A stretch of 64,000 nt of DNA from a bacterium. Its GTDB lineage: Bacteria; Zhuqueibacterota; Zhuqueibacteria; Oceanimicrobiales; Oceanimicrobiaceae. Within the stretch, counting starts at the first letter, position 1, and every line of letters begins with the position of its first letter. Positions 8,736-20,009 of the stretch are shown here, one piece after another. The notes under the pieces are model-generated. The model searched no databases. It had not been told where the DNA came from and saw only the letters and a program-made list of their open reading frames with translations. The stretch lies in the NCBI GenBank assembly GCA_046758365.1, contig JBHIAC010000003.1:1-64000 (forward strand), given 5' to 3'. The position numbers and the translations under genes are program-made.

Positions 8736-10031
8736 ATGATTTTGGTTGAAGTTCCCTTAGCTTATGGAAAAGAAATTTTGAAATTAAAACTTAAGTCCAA
8801 GCACCTTTTAGGGATATTAAAACCAAATAAAGTTACTGTCCAACAAACTCCCAAATTTCTAATTTCTAAGTCCTTGAAATTTCCAATTTCTACTCTAAAG
8901 TTTGAAGAAATTTTTCACCACAGGGAGAAAACCGTCATCATTGTACCTGACAAAACTCGTCAGTGCGGGGCATCTATTTTTCTTCCGATATTGGTTGATC
9001 GGCTTAATTCTGTTGGAATCGAGGATCAAGATATTAAAATTATTTTGGCCACCGGTTCACATAGTACTCACATGTCTCAAGAGATTGAACAAATCGTCGG
9101 GTTTGAAATTTTCAAGCGAATCAAAATTATCGAACATGATTGCCACAACTCTGACGAACTGGCCTATTTAGGTGTAACGAAATTTGGAACAGCAGTTTAT
9201 ATCAACCGACATGTTGTAAATGCCGAGCGTCTTATCGTCACTGGAACGGCTGTACATCACTATTTTGCTGGATACGGCGGCGGGCCTAAAATGATAAATC
9301 CTGGGTGCGCGGGATATGAGACCATAACCAGAAACCATGCCATGACAATTGACGCCGAAACAGGGAATATACACCCTAAGTGTCGCGCTAGTGTTTTAGT
9401 AGGTAATCCTGTCATGGAAGATATAATCGATTCGATGAAATTTATTCGAGCGGATTTTCTTTTGGAGACTATATTAAACGAGAATAGCGAAATTATACAG
9501 GTGTTTAGTGGAGATTTATTTGAGGCCCATCAAAAAGCTTGCGAAACTGTTGATTCATTTTATAAAATACCAATTCCGAAAAAAGCGGATTTGGTTGTGG
9601 TTAGTTGCGGCGGTTATTCCAAAGATGTCAATTTTATTCAGGCTCACAAATCGATTCAAAATGCTTTCAATGCTGTGAAACGGGGAGGGGTTATTTTAAT
9701 TTTAGCTGAGTGTCGGGATGGAATTGGCTCTCAAACATTTTTAGAGTGGTTTAATTATTCTGATGATGGGGCGTTACGAAAAGCGCTTAGACAAAAATAT
9801 AAACTAAACGGTACTACAGCTCTTTCATTAAAAATGAAAACCCAAGCTGCCAAAATTATCATGATTTCCAAATTGAAAAAAGATTTAGTGGAAAACTTAG
9901 GAATGCTTCCTGCTTCAACTTTAGAAGAAGGGTGGAGCCTGGCCTGTTCGCTACTTTCGGAAGATTTCAAATGCTATGTTATTCCAAACGGTTCTTTGAC
10001 TTTACCTTTTATAAATGAAAATGAAACATAG
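8736..10031 (+). CDS. LarA-family (nickel-pincer lactate racemase-like, DUF2088) protein
   Basis: VPDKTR, LATGSH, HYFAGYGGGPK, GGYSKDVNFIQAHK motifs. Confidence 0.88.
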   Translation: MILVEVPLAYGKEILKLKLKSKHLLGILKPNKVTVQQTPKFLISKSLKFPISTLKFEEIFHHREKTVIIVPDKTRQCGASIFLPILVDRLNSVGIEDQDIKIILATGSHSTHMSQEIEQIVGFEIFKRIKIIEHDCHNSDELAYLGVTKFGTAVYINRHVVNAERLIVTGTAVHHYFAGYGGGPKMINPGCAGYETITRNHAMTIDAETGNIHPKCRASVLVGNPVMEDIIDSMKFIRADFLLETILNENSEIIQVFSGDLFEAHQKACETVDSFYKIPIPKKADLVVVSCGGYSKDVNFIQAHKSIQNAFNAVKRGGVILILAECRDGIGSQTFLEWFNYSDDGALRKALRQKYKLNGTTALSLKMKTQAAKIIMISKLKKDLVENLGMLPASTLEEGWSLACSLLSEDFKCYVIPNGSLTLPFINENET

Positions 10032-10563
10032 AATTATTTATTTGATTTTTATCCCTGGTCTAGTTTTAGGAACCATCCATTGTGGTGGGATGAAACCAAA
10101 TCCTCAATTTAACGAACCGCATTCTTCTGTTAGCAAAGATCGTGATCCAGAAGAGATGTTTTATACAAGTAAAGAGTACTTGCCTCTGAATAAAGTACAG
10201 TTAACCCAAGAAATAAAATCTTATTTAGGTGTACCTTATCGGTGGGGCGGTACTAGCCGAGCAGGGATGGATTGCTCAGGATTTGTGAGCACGGTATATC
10301 GAAAAGCTCTGGGCTTAGAACTGCCGCACAGCACGGTAAAGATGTCTCGGCTCGGTGAATCAGTGGCTAAAAATGAACTGAGGTTTGGTGATTTGATATT
10401 TTTTAAAAATATCGAATATTCTGGGGTTTCTCATGTTGGAATTTACTTAGGTAAAAATTATTTTGCTCATGCCAGCACTACCAAAGGGGTGACCATTTCA
10501 AATCTAAGTGAAAAATATTATCGTAAACGCTTCGTTAGTGCAAGAAGAGTTTATGAGCGATAA
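10021..10563 (+). CDS. NlpC/P60 (C40) cell-wall peptidase, probable lipoprotein
   Basis: YLGVPYRWGG, GMDCSGF, GDLIFF, HVGIY, FAHAS; signal ending at Cys. Confidence 0.93.
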   Translation: MKHRIIYLIFIPGLVLGTIHCGGMKPNPQFNEPHSSVSKDRDPEEMFYTSKEYLPLNKVQLTQEIKSYLGVPYRWGGTSRAGMDCSGFVSTVYRKALGLELPHSTVKMSRLGESVAKNELRFGDLIFFKNIEYSGVSHVGIYLGKNYFAHASTTKGVTISNLSEKYYRKRFVSARRVYER

Positions 10564-10661
10564 ATTATATGTTCATTGAAATTGATTACCCAATTTAGAC
10601 AGGATTGACAGGAATTAAATGATTTTAAAATATCTGTTTAATTTTAACTAATGGAGGATCC

Positions 10662-11846
10662 ATGTCACAAATTGAGCTTATTGAGATTCAAAAATATTTG
10701 AAGGAAAACAAAATTGATGTGTGGCTGATTTTTGATTTTCGTGGTCAAAATCATATTGCTATGAATTTTTTTGATTTGCAAAAAGAACGTATTCTTACCA
10801 GGCGTTGGTTTTACTGTATTCCCAAAAGCGGAGAACCTACGTTATTAATCCACAAGATAGAACGGGACAATTTTCCCCAGCCGCCAAAGCAAACGCAATT
10901 TTATGTTAGCTGGCAGGAACTTAAGGAGAAACTTGGTAATATGCTTAAAGGAAGTAAGAGAGTCGCCATGGAATATTCTCCTAATGGTGCCATTCCGTAT
11001 GTATCTTGTGTCGATGGAGGTACACTTGACCTAGTACGAATCTTCGGGGTTGAAATAGTTAGTTCAGCCAGTTTGGTGCAATATTTCCAATGCCGCTGGA
11101 CACCGTCACAGTTGCAGTCGCATATAAAGGCTGTTAGAAATCTGGAAAATATAAAAAACGAGGCTTTTGCTTTAATCGGCGAAAAAATAAGAAATGGCAG
11201 TTCTATTAATGAATATGAAGTTCAAAAATTTATTTTAAATAAATTAGAATTATTGAATATGTTAACCGAAGAACCGCCCATAGTCGCTGTGAATGCGAAT
11301 GCCAGCAATCCCCATTACGCCCCCTCATCAGATCGATGTAGTCCTATTAAAATAAACGATTTTGTACTAATAGATTTATTTGGCAAAGAAAAAATATCTA
11401 ATGCTGTGTATGGAGATATTACCTGGGTAGGTTTTGTAGGAGAAGTAATTCCTGAAAAATTTGTCAAAATATTTAATCTCGTAGCCCAGGCGAGAGATGC
11501 AGGATTGGAATTATTAAAAGATTCCGCAGCCAAAGGAGAAGCCGTTCAAGGGTGGCAAGTGGATGCTCGAGTGCGGGATATTATAACTCAGGCAGGCTAT
11601 GGAGACTATTTTGACCACCGAACTGGGCACAGCTTGGATACGAATCTTCACGGGAGTGGTGTAAATATCGATGGCTTGGAGACCCAGGATCAACGAGAAA
11701 TTATACCAGGCCTTGGATTTACAATTGAACCAGGTATTTACCTCAATGAATTTGGGGTAAGAAGTGAAATTGATGTTTATTATTCAGAGGAAGGTCCCAA
11801 AGTTTATGGACCCATACAGCGAGAAATAATCGCCATTTTAAAGTAA
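10662..11846 (+). CDS. Xaa-Pro aminopeptidase (M24 family)
   Basis: NPHY, LIDL, GDIT, HRTGH, FTIEPGIY, GVRSEID motifs; RBS GGAGG. Confidence 0.9.
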   Translation: MSQIELIEIQKYLKENKIDVWLIFDFRGQNHIAMNFFDLQKERILTRRWFYCIPKSGEPTLLIHKIERDNFPQPPKQTQFYVSWQELKEKLGNMLKGSKRVAMEYSPNGAIPYVSCVDGGTLDLVRIFGVEIVSSASLVQYFQCRWTPSQLQSHIKAVRNLENIKNEAFALIGEKIRNGSSINEYEVQKFILNKLELLNMLTEEPPIVAVNANASNPHYAPSSDRCSPIKINDFVLIDLFGKEKISNAVYGDITWVGFVGEVIPEKFVKIFNLVAQARDAGLELLKDSAAKGEAVQGWQVDARVRDIITQAGYGDYFDHRTGHSLDTNLHGSGVNIDGLETQDQREIIPGLGFTIEPGIYLNEFGVRSEIDVYYSEEGPKVYGPIQREIIAILK

Positions 11847-12053
11847 AGTACTTTATAACGTAGGTGCAAGCAGCTAAATATCGAATTTACGATTGCGAAA
11901 AGTGGAATTATCCTTTTTTGCACCTTCATCATGATAAAAAACTATAATTGCACACGGATAAAATGATAAATAAGAAGCGGAATTAATTTAGACATCTATT
12001 CTAATAAGTTGATTTTTTTGATTAAGCTTTACCCTTGGTATCTCGCTATTTTC

Positions 12054-12686
12054 TCAGCGACCGAGAAAAAACACGACCCCGATTTTCAATGTGATCTCTT
12101 TTGCGTCGATATCGATTCTATTATCTGGATTATTCTCATCCGCTGGGCCGGGTATATTATTAATGGTATTATATTCCACAGCAATATCCAACCAAGGCCC
12201 CAAACCGATATCGTATAGAAAACCACCGCCAACATTCCACCCTAATCTTGCAAGGTTATCTTGAGAATCGGTAAAAACAATGAAACCATCTGAAACTGTA
12301 ACATTTGTACTATAAAAATAAAATCCACCCATGCCAAAAAACTGAATTTTTAATCGACCTGTGCCAAAAGAAAATTGCGGCCCGAAAGTGAGTCGGAATG
12401 ACATATTTTCGGTACGGGCTGGTACTATGGTTCCACCAATATTGACGCTCCTAAAATCTGTCCCATAGGATATAAATCCAAAATCTCCCCGCAGGGAAAG
12501 ACCATGCAAGGAGGCAAAGCGGTACATACCTTTAATACCGAAACCCCCGCCTGTGTCAGATATATTTGCAAAGTCTTGTTGTGGAATTGAAACAATAATA
12601 TGGGGCCCTACGGACCACTGGGCTTGACTCAGTTTTGGAAAATTTACCAAGGACAATATAACCGCCAAAATAAAAAGTCGTTTCAT
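12054..12686 (-). CDS. Outer-membrane beta-barrel protein
   Basis: Signal peptide (..SQAQ), amphipathic beta strands, terminal IGVVFF. Confidence 0.75.
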   Translation of the reverse strand: MKRLFILAVILSLVNFPKLSQAQWSVGPHIIVSIPQQDFANISDTGGGFGIKGMYRFASLHGLSLRGDFGFISYGTDFRSVNIGGTIVPARTENMSFRLTFGPQFSFGTGRLKIQFFGMGGFYFYSTNVTVSDGFIVFTDSQDNLARLGWNVGGGFLYDIGLGPWLDIAVEYNTINNIPGPADENNPDNRIDIDAKEITLKIGVVFFLGR

Positions 12687-12825
12687 TTGTTTGTTCCTTA
12701 TATTAAATGAATTACTTTAATGTAGTATAACTAAATATATCCAGTTTTATTCCCTAATACAAGTGATTAATTCTTAATTAAATTTAACATTATAATTGAG
12801 TAAACTACAAAAAGGTGATTGATCC

Positions 12826-12929
12826 AAAAGCTGACCTTCTTAACTTATGAAAAGATCGCGGTTATTAAAGAGTTACATACAGTTATGAAAACCAATATTT
12901 TGATAAAAATTAAGAGAAGGTCAGCTTTT
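12826..12929. repeat. Long-loop inverted repeat AAAAGCTGACCTTCT...AGAAGGTCAGCTTTT
   Basis: 15-bp perfect arms about 75 bp apart; GCTGACC arm shared with the 28601 element. Confidence 0.65.
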
Positions 12930-13136
12930 TGCCGCCTACTCATAATTGAATTTTCAATCGATTTTTTTCTATTCAATTTTTACTTTAATTTCATTTCGGA
13001 TTGACTTTAACAAAATTCACGCTTAAAAAATATACAAATAATTCTTGTCGTAATCAACTCATAAAATTTTTTCTTAAATGGGCCAAACTTAGTAAATAAC
13101 TAAACAAACGAAGGACAAAGATCAGTCTTGAAAGCT

Positions 13137-15005
13137 TTACCTTGATTTTTTAAAAATGCCTTTCAATTTTTTGATTATCTTTTTAATCCCCTTTTTCTTT
13201 TCTTTTTCAACTTTTACTTCAATTTCTTTTTTCTTCTTGTCAAGGATAGCCATCTTATCATTTATGACTTTCTCAATTTTGTCAAATTCAGAAGAAATCT
13301 GTTTTTGACGATTATTTGTAAATGCGAGGGCTTCCATTCTTTTGGGTTCTACCAAAGTTTTGAGCCTCCTGCGAATTTCAGCCTGTGCTAACCGAATCGA
13401 TTCTCCAACGACTGCATTAATTCGTTTCGCCAGAATATCGTCAATATTGGAACTGATTTTCAATTTCAGGTCATTAATTTGACCGCGGATATTTGCCCCA
13501 ATACGCAAAATGTCTATTGAATCAAAAACGCCACGGGTGACTTTCGAGATTACATCATCTTTAGTCAAATGATGTGGAAAGCTAAAGCTTACCGGACGGG
13601 CAGTTAAATGCAAACGGAATTCAAGCTGATCGCTCATGAAGTTGAAATCAGTGGAGATATCACCGCGATTAGCGATGATTCTGGAAGGCAAATAAGGACG
13701 TTCTGGTAAAGCAACACGCCCGATATGAATACCAGAGGCTTTGATTTGAAAGCGTTCTTCAGGGATGTTTTTTGTGTGATCGAATACGCCGATAATCTCA
13801 TAAGCTTTAGATTGTGGTAATTGGGCATTTAGCTTAAAGGTGAGCGGCTGACCATAAATAGGGGGCTGCGAAGTAATGCCGTTAACTTCACCACTAACGT
13901 ATAATACCTTGCTTGTATCCTCTTGATTGGTTGAGCCACTGATTAAAATGTGTTCCATTAGGAAATCTGGAGGTTGATTTTTTAAAGGAAAGCGTATGTT
14001 TTGGCCTTTAAAACGAGGGGGTTTTTCTACTTTGCCTGCTGCAGCGAACTGCTGGGCCACAGGCATATATTCTCTGACCAGGCTAACATATTTAAGTAAA
14101 CCAAGGGTGGGTAAAGCCAGGGCCTCACCAAAAAGCATATTACCAACATTTTGAGAGGTAAATTCCCCAAGTTTAGCTTTGCTTTTGATTGCGTTAAAAT
14201 CTTCCCCAATCAAATTATCCACATGAGTTAATACACTCGTGAGTTTTGTAAAATCTTTCGTTGCGGTCTTCTTTTTAATCTCAATATCTTTTTTTAGCTC
14301 TTCTAATGTTTTGTAAACACTTTTAGTTTTTTCTAATGTTGAAACCAGGTCGTCAAGGCCTTTTACTTCTTTAGAAGCTATTTCGTTGACCTGCTTCTCA
14401 ATATTCTCTAATTCTTTTTGGGGTTCAAATTCTGATATAATTATTTCCCATTTCTGGTGAGAAGAATCTGCATCCTGTTTTATTTGTTCAATGCGTTTAA
14501 TTGATTCAATATCTATCGTTGCTATTAAACTATCCACATTGACCTTTTTCTTTAAGTTATCCAGATTTAAAACAGGGGCCGAAGAAACTTGCTTCATAAG
14601 GCTTTTTGAGGCTTTGTCAACCCAGCCGGGCGTCTTCTTCGTTTTATTTTTCGAAATACTGCCATCCGTTTTTCTTTCAGTGCCTATCCGGATGTCAGCC
14701 ACCGAAACATCGTTAATAATGATTTTTTTTCTGATTAATGGTGTAAATTCCATATCGAATGACATACGACCGGTTTCAAACAAATTTTTCCAGGTATCGT
14801 TGGGATTGGCCACTTGCAGCCGATCAAGAGATATGGAAAGGCCAAGCAGACTAAAGTTTAGATTGTCGATTTCTACTTTTGCTCCAATGATCGACTCCCC
14901 GGCTTTTTCAATACCTCTTTCAATGAATTTATCGCTCAAGAGGTAAGCTGTGATTCCGACTAAAATGACAATAACAAGAAGTCCAGTTAATCCTTTTGGT
15001 CTCAT
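13137..15005 (-). CDS. TIGR03545-family protein (N-terminal anchor, AsmA-like beta region, coiled coils)
   Basis: IGAKVEID..LQVANPNDTWKNLFE, PPRFKGQNIRFP, ISSNIDDIL; adjacent to TIGR03546 partner. Confidence 0.8.
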   Translation of the reverse strand: MRPKGLTGLLVIVILVGITAYLLSDKFIERGIEKAGESIIGAKVEIDNLNFSLLGLSISLDRLQVANPNDTWKNLFETGRMSFDMEFTPLIRKKIIINDVSVADIRIGTERKTDGSISKNKTKKTPGWVDKASKSLMKQVSSAPVLNLDNLKKKVNVDSLIATIDIESIKRIEQIKQDADSSHQKWEIIISEFEPQKELENIEKQVNEIASKEVKGLDDLVSTLEKTKSVYKTLEELKKDIEIKKKTATKDFTKLTSVLTHVDNLIGEDFNAIKSKAKLGEFTSQNVGNMLFGEALALPTLGLLKYVSLVREYMPVAQQFAAAGKVEKPPRFKGQNIRFPLKNQPPDFLMEHILISGSTNQEDTSKVLYVSGEVNGITSQPPIYGQPLTFKLNAQLPQSKAYEIIGVFDHTKNIPEERFQIKASGIHIGRVALPERPYLPSRIIANRGDISTDFNFMSDQLEFRLHLTARPVSFSFPHHLTKDDVISKVTRGVFDSIDILRIGANIRGQINDLKLKISSNIDDILAKRINAVVGESIRLAQAEIRRRLKTLVEPKRMEALAFTNNRQKQISSEFDKIEKVINDKMAILDKKKKEIEVKVEKEKKKGIKKIIKKLKGIFKKSR

Positions 15006-15007
15006 GA

Positions 15008-15532
15008 CTACCACTCCAAATCTCTTATTTTAACATACCATTTAAATAGAGAACTTCCTTTGACAGCTTTTACAATTTTCCATTTTTCAATTTTCACTGC
15101 CCAGGATTTTCTATAAACGACAATGCCTTTTTGTGCCAGAACGAACATTGGTACAGCCAAAATCAAAGCCGTCAACAAACTCCCCATAACTACCGTGTTG
15201 TAAAAACGAGTAAATGGGGCAATGGGCCAGTTGTAAATGGTCGTCCAAAGTCCCTTTAGAGATTCAATCTTGACAAGCAAAACATATCCCAGGGTATGAA
15301 ACAAAGGATCGAAAATGTAGGCCACAAAGCTGAAAAGGAAGATAGAAAAAAATACCGCTGCCAGGTTTATTTTGGTCAAAAAAGCCAGGGCTAAGAAAGC
15401 CATATTTTGCAGGGTCCAGAAGGGCGTGAGACCAACCACAAACCCTAAAGCAAATCCACCTGCAATAAGCGACGGAGATTCACCCGAACGCAGGACTTTG
15501 ATGAATTTGCTGATAAATTTGAGCCAGAACAC
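15008..15532 (-). CDS. TIGR03546-family (DUF2062-like) membrane protein
   Basis: SPSLIAGGFALG..GLTP, PFTRFYNTVVMGS motifs. Confidence 0.85.
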   Translation of the reverse strand: MFWLKFISKFIKVLRSGESPSLIAGGFALGFVVGLTPFWTLQNMAFLALAFLTKINLAAVFFSIFLFSFVAYIFDPLFHTLGYVLLVKIESLKGLWTTIYNWPIAPFTRFYNTVVMGSLLTALILAVPMFVLAQKGIVVYRKSWAVKIEKWKIVKAVKGSSLFKWYVKIRDLEW

Positions 15533-15645
15533 GAAATACTCCTTTTAATTTTAAGAATCACCCTGAAAGATTAAGTAAAAATATACAAATGTTAATTATA
15601 AAATTCTATAAATCAATCCTTTTTTTACCTGTTTTATATGAATCT

Positions 15646-16116
15646 TCAGAACTCTAAATTCAGTTCCATGAAAGTCGCGCCTTTGACAGGATTGTACCGA
15701 TAAGGCTCAATGAATTTGAATCCTAACGATTGGTAAAGTGCATTCGCTTCTTTCATAGAAGGAACGGTATCCAATCGCATGCGTGTATATCCAAGACTAT
15801 AAGCCTCTTCTATTATTACCAATGCCAAGGCTTTGCCAATGCCTTGGCCTCTAAATTCTGGCCGGACATATAATCTTTTCATCTCACAAATATCATCCGC
15901 AATCTTTCTTAAGGCTACACAACCAGCAATTTGTGTATCATAGATCGCTAAAAGTAGACGTCCTTCTGGAGGGGCATATTCTCCGGGTAGATGTTGAAGC
16001 TCGCTCTCGAAGTCTTGAAAAGATAGCTCAAAATCCAATGAGGCGGCGTATTCTTTAAATAGGTCTCGAATATGCTCAAGGTATTGTCCCCTATGGGTAG
16101 GGATAATTCTCAGCAT
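15646..16116 (-). CDS. GNAT acetyltransferase
   Basis: EMKRLYVRPEFRGQGIG, LDT, ALYQSLGF motifs. Confidence 0.93.
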   Translation of the reverse strand: MLRIIPTHRGQYLEHIRDLFKEYAASLDFELSFQDFESELQHLPGEYAPPEGRLLLAIYDTQIAGCVALRKIADDICEMKRLYVRPEFRGQGIGKALALVIIEEAYSLGYTRMRLDTVPSMKEANALYQSLGFKFIEPYRYNPVKGATFMELNLEF

Positions 16117-16148
16117 TTTTAAAGGTTGAGTTGATTAATATATTTCAA

Positions 16149-16203
16149 TAAGGGTATGGGGTATAAGGGAATATGGCCTATACCCTTATACCTTATATCC
16201 TTA
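16149..16203. repeat. Inverted array of TAAGGGTA/TACCCTTA-type 7-8-mers
   Basis: TAAGGGTATGGGGTATAAGGG...TACCCTTATACCTTATATCCTTA. Confidence 0.7.
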
Positions 16204-16223
16204 ATGATTTGTAAATAAAAAAA

Positions 16224-18215
16224 TTATTTTCTAATCGCCACCAACTCCATCACATCTCCTTCCTGAATGGCGTCCACCACATCCATTCCTGAAGTTACCT
16301 GACCGAAAACAGTATAGCGGCCGTCCAGATGAGGTTGGGGCGAATGGGTGATAAAAAACTGGCAGCCTTCGGTGTCTTTGCCAGCACTGGCCATGCCCAC
16401 GGTTCCCCTTAAATAGGGGTGCTGGTTAAATTCCGACCTTATGGAGTAACCCGGTGAGCCCCAGGAATCCCCACGAGGATCACCACCTTGAATTACAAAG
16501 TTAGGTACCACTCGGTGAAAAGTTAAGCCATCATAAAACCCATTTTTCGTCAGTTGAGCAAAATTTAAAACTGTCAGCGGGGCCTGCTCAGTAAAAAGTT
16601 TAATTTCTATGTTTCCCCGATTTGTTTTAATCAGTGCTTTTGCTTTTTTGAGTTTCAGAATATCTTTATACGAGAAATTCGAGTAGGGTTTAGTGTAATT
16701 TGCTATTTGATCAGAATAATCTTCACCGGTAATTTGATGGAGCGCCTCAGCGGCGGTTTTTGAAAGCACCTTGTCCGGTGTTCTTAGGGCTTCTTCCAAA
16801 ACAGGAACCGCTCTTTTGTCCCCTATTTTTGCCATGACTTGAAATATTATTTGGGCCGATTCGACATCGATAGGTTGGGTTAAATTTTGGTAGGCGTCAA
16901 TAATGGCTTGGGCATAAATTTTATTTCGCAAAGTATCCTGACTTAAGGCTTTTGCTGCCAAAGCCGTGAGCACCATATCGCCTTCCTGAAGCGCTTTTAA
17001 AAATATCTGAGGATTTGTAAATCTATTTAGTTTAGGTAAAGCGTTGAGAACAGCAACTTTTACTATTGTGGGCGAACTTTCATATTGTTGTTCCAAAATT
17101 CGCGCAGCCTTGGATGCATGGGATTCACCCAATGCCTCCATTGCTCGAGCACGTAATTTATGATTTGGGTGTTCGGTAAATTGTGCAATTAAATCAATGG
17201 CTTCTTTACCCATCAACTGGGCATAGGCAATTAATGCCATTCCTTTCTCAGAGAGTGTCCAAGTTTCCGTTTCGTTATTAGACTTTAAAATCTCTTCTAA
17301 TTGAAGTCGTGCGAAATTAAATTCCCGGCTGTTTTGACGATTCTTTTCAATATCTTGTAAAGAGCTGCTACCCAAAGCTTGTATTGTGGCAATTCGGACA
17401 TGGTGTTTTTGGTCAAGTAGAGAAAGATAATTAGAAACCATTCTAAGCGGGTGACCTGCTAACGCATTGGCTGCTTTAACTCTAACACGCCAATCGGGGT
17501 CTCTTCTTAAAATCCGACCCAACGTTTCTAAGGTGGACAGTTCTTTTAACTTCCCCATTGCTTGTACTGCGAACATCCTAACCCGAGCATCTTTATCTTT
17601 TGCAGCCTTTAGCAAACTTTCAGAATTTAAATCTTTTGCAATTTGCATGAGGGAATAACACGCCTTCCATCTGACTTGGTCGTTTTCATCTTCCAATAGA
17701 AGCGTCAAAGAATCGGTTACTGATTTATTTATTAAATTTCTTAAAGCCATACGGCCAACTGAAAGAGCTGCTTCGGAACGAAGATTTTCATCGCTGGCCT
17801 CGAATAGTTTGATAAGAACCGGGAAAGTTTTATCCGTCCCAATCTTGCCTAATGCCTCCAAAATTCGAATTTTTACATCTAAGGCTTCTTTGGTATTTAG
17901 ACGCTGAATGAGTGGTTCCTCTGCCTCAGAGCTCCCCAATTGTCCCAAAGCAAAAGCTGTCTCCAATCGAACATAATGGTTGGGGTCGTTTAGCATTTTT
18001 AGCAAAGTATTTAAACATTTAGGATCTTGTAGCTTACCAAGTGCCTCAACCGCACGAGCACGGAAATTAGGCTCGGGGCTATTCAGAAAGATAAGCAGAC
18101 TGTCGCAGGCAACTCTCTGATTTTCCAGCCGAACTATTTGCTCAATCTGAAAGCCACTTTTTGAACAAGCTGATATTAATAAACTTATTAACAGAATAAT
18201 ATAAATTCGCTTCAT
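16224..18215 (-). CDS. HEAT-repeat lipoprotein with C-terminal cyclophilin PPIase
   Basis: Lipobox LISAC; many HEAT repeats (VR..AA.ALG); [30 protein letters not shown]. Confidence 0.92.
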   Translation of the reverse strand: MKRIYIILLISLLISACSKSGFQIEQIVRLENQRVACDSLLIFLNSPEPNFRARAVEALGKLQDPKCLNTLLKMLNDPNHYVRLETAFALGQLGSSEAEEPLIQRLNTKEALDVKIRILEALGKIGTDKTFPVLIKLFEASDENLRSEAALSVGRMALRNLINKSVTDSLTLLLEDENDQVRWKACYSLMQIAKDLNSESLLKAAKDKDARVRMFAVQAMGKLKELSTLETLGRILRRDPDWRVRVKAANALAGHPLRMVSNYLSLLDQKHHVRIATIQALGSSSLQDIEKNRQNSREFNFARLQLEEILKSNNETETWTLSEKGMALIAYAQLMGKEAIDLIAQFTEHPNHKLRARAMEALGESHASKAARILEQQYESSPTIVKVAVLNALPKLNRFTNPQIFLKALQEGDMVLTALAAKALSQDTLRNKIYAQAIIDAYQNLTQPIDVESAQIIFQVMAKIGDKRAVPVLEEALRTPDKVLSKTAAEALHQITGEDYSDQIANYTKPYSNFSYKDILKLKKAKALIKTNRGNIEIKLFTEQAPLTVLNFAQLTKNGFYDGLTFHRVVPNFVIQGGDPRGDSWGSPGYSIRSEFNQHPYLRGTVGMASAGKDTEGCQFFITHSPQPHLDGRYTVFGQVTSGMDVVDAIQEGDVMELVAIRK

Positions 18216-18332
18216 GCCAAGCAATATAATATTTATGTTAAAAGAAGTCAAGGGGTTTGACAGACAAAAAATTAATTGATTTTAATTTTATTTTCTTTTA
18301 TTTTAACACTTAAAATTTAGGGAGAAGAGTCG

Positions 18333-19328
18333 GTGAAAATAAAAGTTGGTCAAGTAGGTGTTGGTCATTTAGGAGCGCGTCATTGTGCTGCACTGGCTGA
18401 AATCTTGGAGGCTGAGCTAATTGGTATATTTGACATCGATTTCGAAAGGAGTCGTCAAGTTGCTCAAACTTATGAAGTAAAAGTCTTCACAGATTTAGAA
18501 GAATTGTTGGCGCAAGTTCAGGCTTTGATTGTTGCCGTACCAACTTGTCACCACTTTGAAATTGTTCAAGCGGCTTTGACAAACAAAGTTCATGTGTTCG
18601 TTGAAAAACCTATTACTGCTACAGTGGCTGAAGCGGATGAACTCATTCGCTTAACGGAAAACAACCATCTAGTTTTGCAGGTTGGACACATAGAACGCTT
18701 TAATCCTGCTTGGCAAGCTTTGGCCTCTGAAAGCCTGAATCCCAGGTTTATTGAATCCCATCGTTTAGCTTCTTTTAATCCGCGAGGAACCGATGTTTCG
18801 GTGGTTTTGGATTTAATGATTCACGACCTTGATCTTATTTTACATTTAGTTCCAAGTACCATTAAAAAAATTGATGCCAGCGGTGTGTCTGTGGTCTCTC
18901 CTGAAATTGATATTGCCAATGCAAGAATTCTATTTGAAAATGGATGTGTAGCTAATGTCACTGCCAGCCGAATATCTCAAAAAAAATTGCGTAAAATGTG
19001 GCTGTTTCAAAAAGATGCCTATATTTCCATAGACTTTTTTCAAAGAATCTCAGAAGCGTTTAAATTAGTAAAGCAACCCGTCAGTACAAAGAATGACCAA
19101 GTTTTTTCTTTAAATGCAATCGATAGAAGCTCTTCTAATAAACAAATAGTTTACGAACGTTTGGCTGAGGGAATCCATGATCCTCTAAAAATGGAGCTTA
19201 AAGCATTTCTTAAATCAGTCTATTCGGGAGAGAAGCCCCTTGTAGATGGAATTACAGGTAAGAAGGTTTTAGAATTGGCAATAGAGATAATTAAAATTAT
19301 CGAACAGCAAACTTCACTGTTAGTTTGA
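18333..19328 (+). CDS. Gfo/Idh/MocA oxidoreductase (GnnA-like)
   Basis: GVGHLG, EKP, VGHIERFNPA, LDLMIHDLD motifs. Confidence 0.9.
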   Translation: MKIKVGQVGVGHLGARHCAALAEILEAELIGIFDIDFERSRQVAQTYEVKVFTDLEELLAQVQALIVAVPTCHHFEIVQAALTNKVHVFVEKPITATVAEADELIRLTENNHLVLQVGHIERFNPAWQALASESLNPRFIESHRLASFNPRGTDVSVVLDLMIHDLDLILHLVPSTIKKIDASGVSVVSPEIDIANARILFENGCVANVTASRISQKKLRKMWLFQKDAYISIDFFQRISEAFKLVKQPVSTKNDQVFSLNAIDRSSSNKQIVYERLAEGIHDPLKMELKAFLKSVYSGEKPLVDGITGKKVLELAIEIIKIIEQQTSLLV

Positions 19329-19356
19329 GAAGCCATCCTTAAATAGAAATCAAAGT

Positions 19357-19466
19357 TTAACTTCTGCAAAATAGGGTGTACAACCTTTAGGTTGAGATTG
19401 TCATAGGCAGGCTGAAGCCTGTACACCCATTTTGAGCATGCTTTAAATTAATTTTGCAGAAGTCTG
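19357..19466. mobile_element. 110-bp MITE, copy 1
   Basis: TIR ACTTCTGCAAAAT/ATTTTGCAGAAGT; flanking direct repeat AAATCAAAGT (19347-19356, 19467-19476); near-identical to 40648-40757. Confidence 0.88.
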
Positions 19467-19921
19467 AAATCAAAGTGAAAAAGAATTTCGTATTGGAAAA
19501 TTAAATAGATCATAATAGCTCAAAAATTAAAGGGCGTGCCTGTGATTGTCGATAAAATGAGAGGTAGAGCTGGTATTGAAACATTAAGCGAATTTAGGCT
19601 TGAAATATTACATTTTGATGGCGGTTTTCAGCATAAATGTTTGTATAGAGATTTGTATATAGTTCATTTGGAAACTGCGATACTGAATGAAAGATGTGGT
19701 CTTCCAGCGAGAGTCTATTGCGTATCCATAAGCATTCTTTCTCGTGCCCTCATCCTTTTGTTTACTAAAGTCAATCAATAGAAATATACGTTACAATCAA
19801 ATATCAATTTCAATGCATTGCTACACTCATATTGAATTGGAAATGGAACTTTATGTATAGAATTAGCATTTGTTAAATATTAAATTGATATTTAGTTTAA
19901 TTAATAATAATTAAAAATCTC

Positions 19922-19950
19922 TTGAAAATCATTGCAATATTTTGTATTAT
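19922..19950 (+). promoter_or_regulatory. Putative sigma70 promoter of the NtrC-family gene
   Basis: TTGAAA-17bp-TATTAT. Confidence 0.55.
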
Positions 19951-20009
19951 TAATTTAAATTCACAATTAAGGGTGCAAAACAAAAATCTCATTAACATGG
20001 AGAATTAAA

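Noticed and set aside
19536..19781. 81-aa ORF upstream of the NtrC gene
   Set aside because: No RBS or recognisable motif; probably intergenic.
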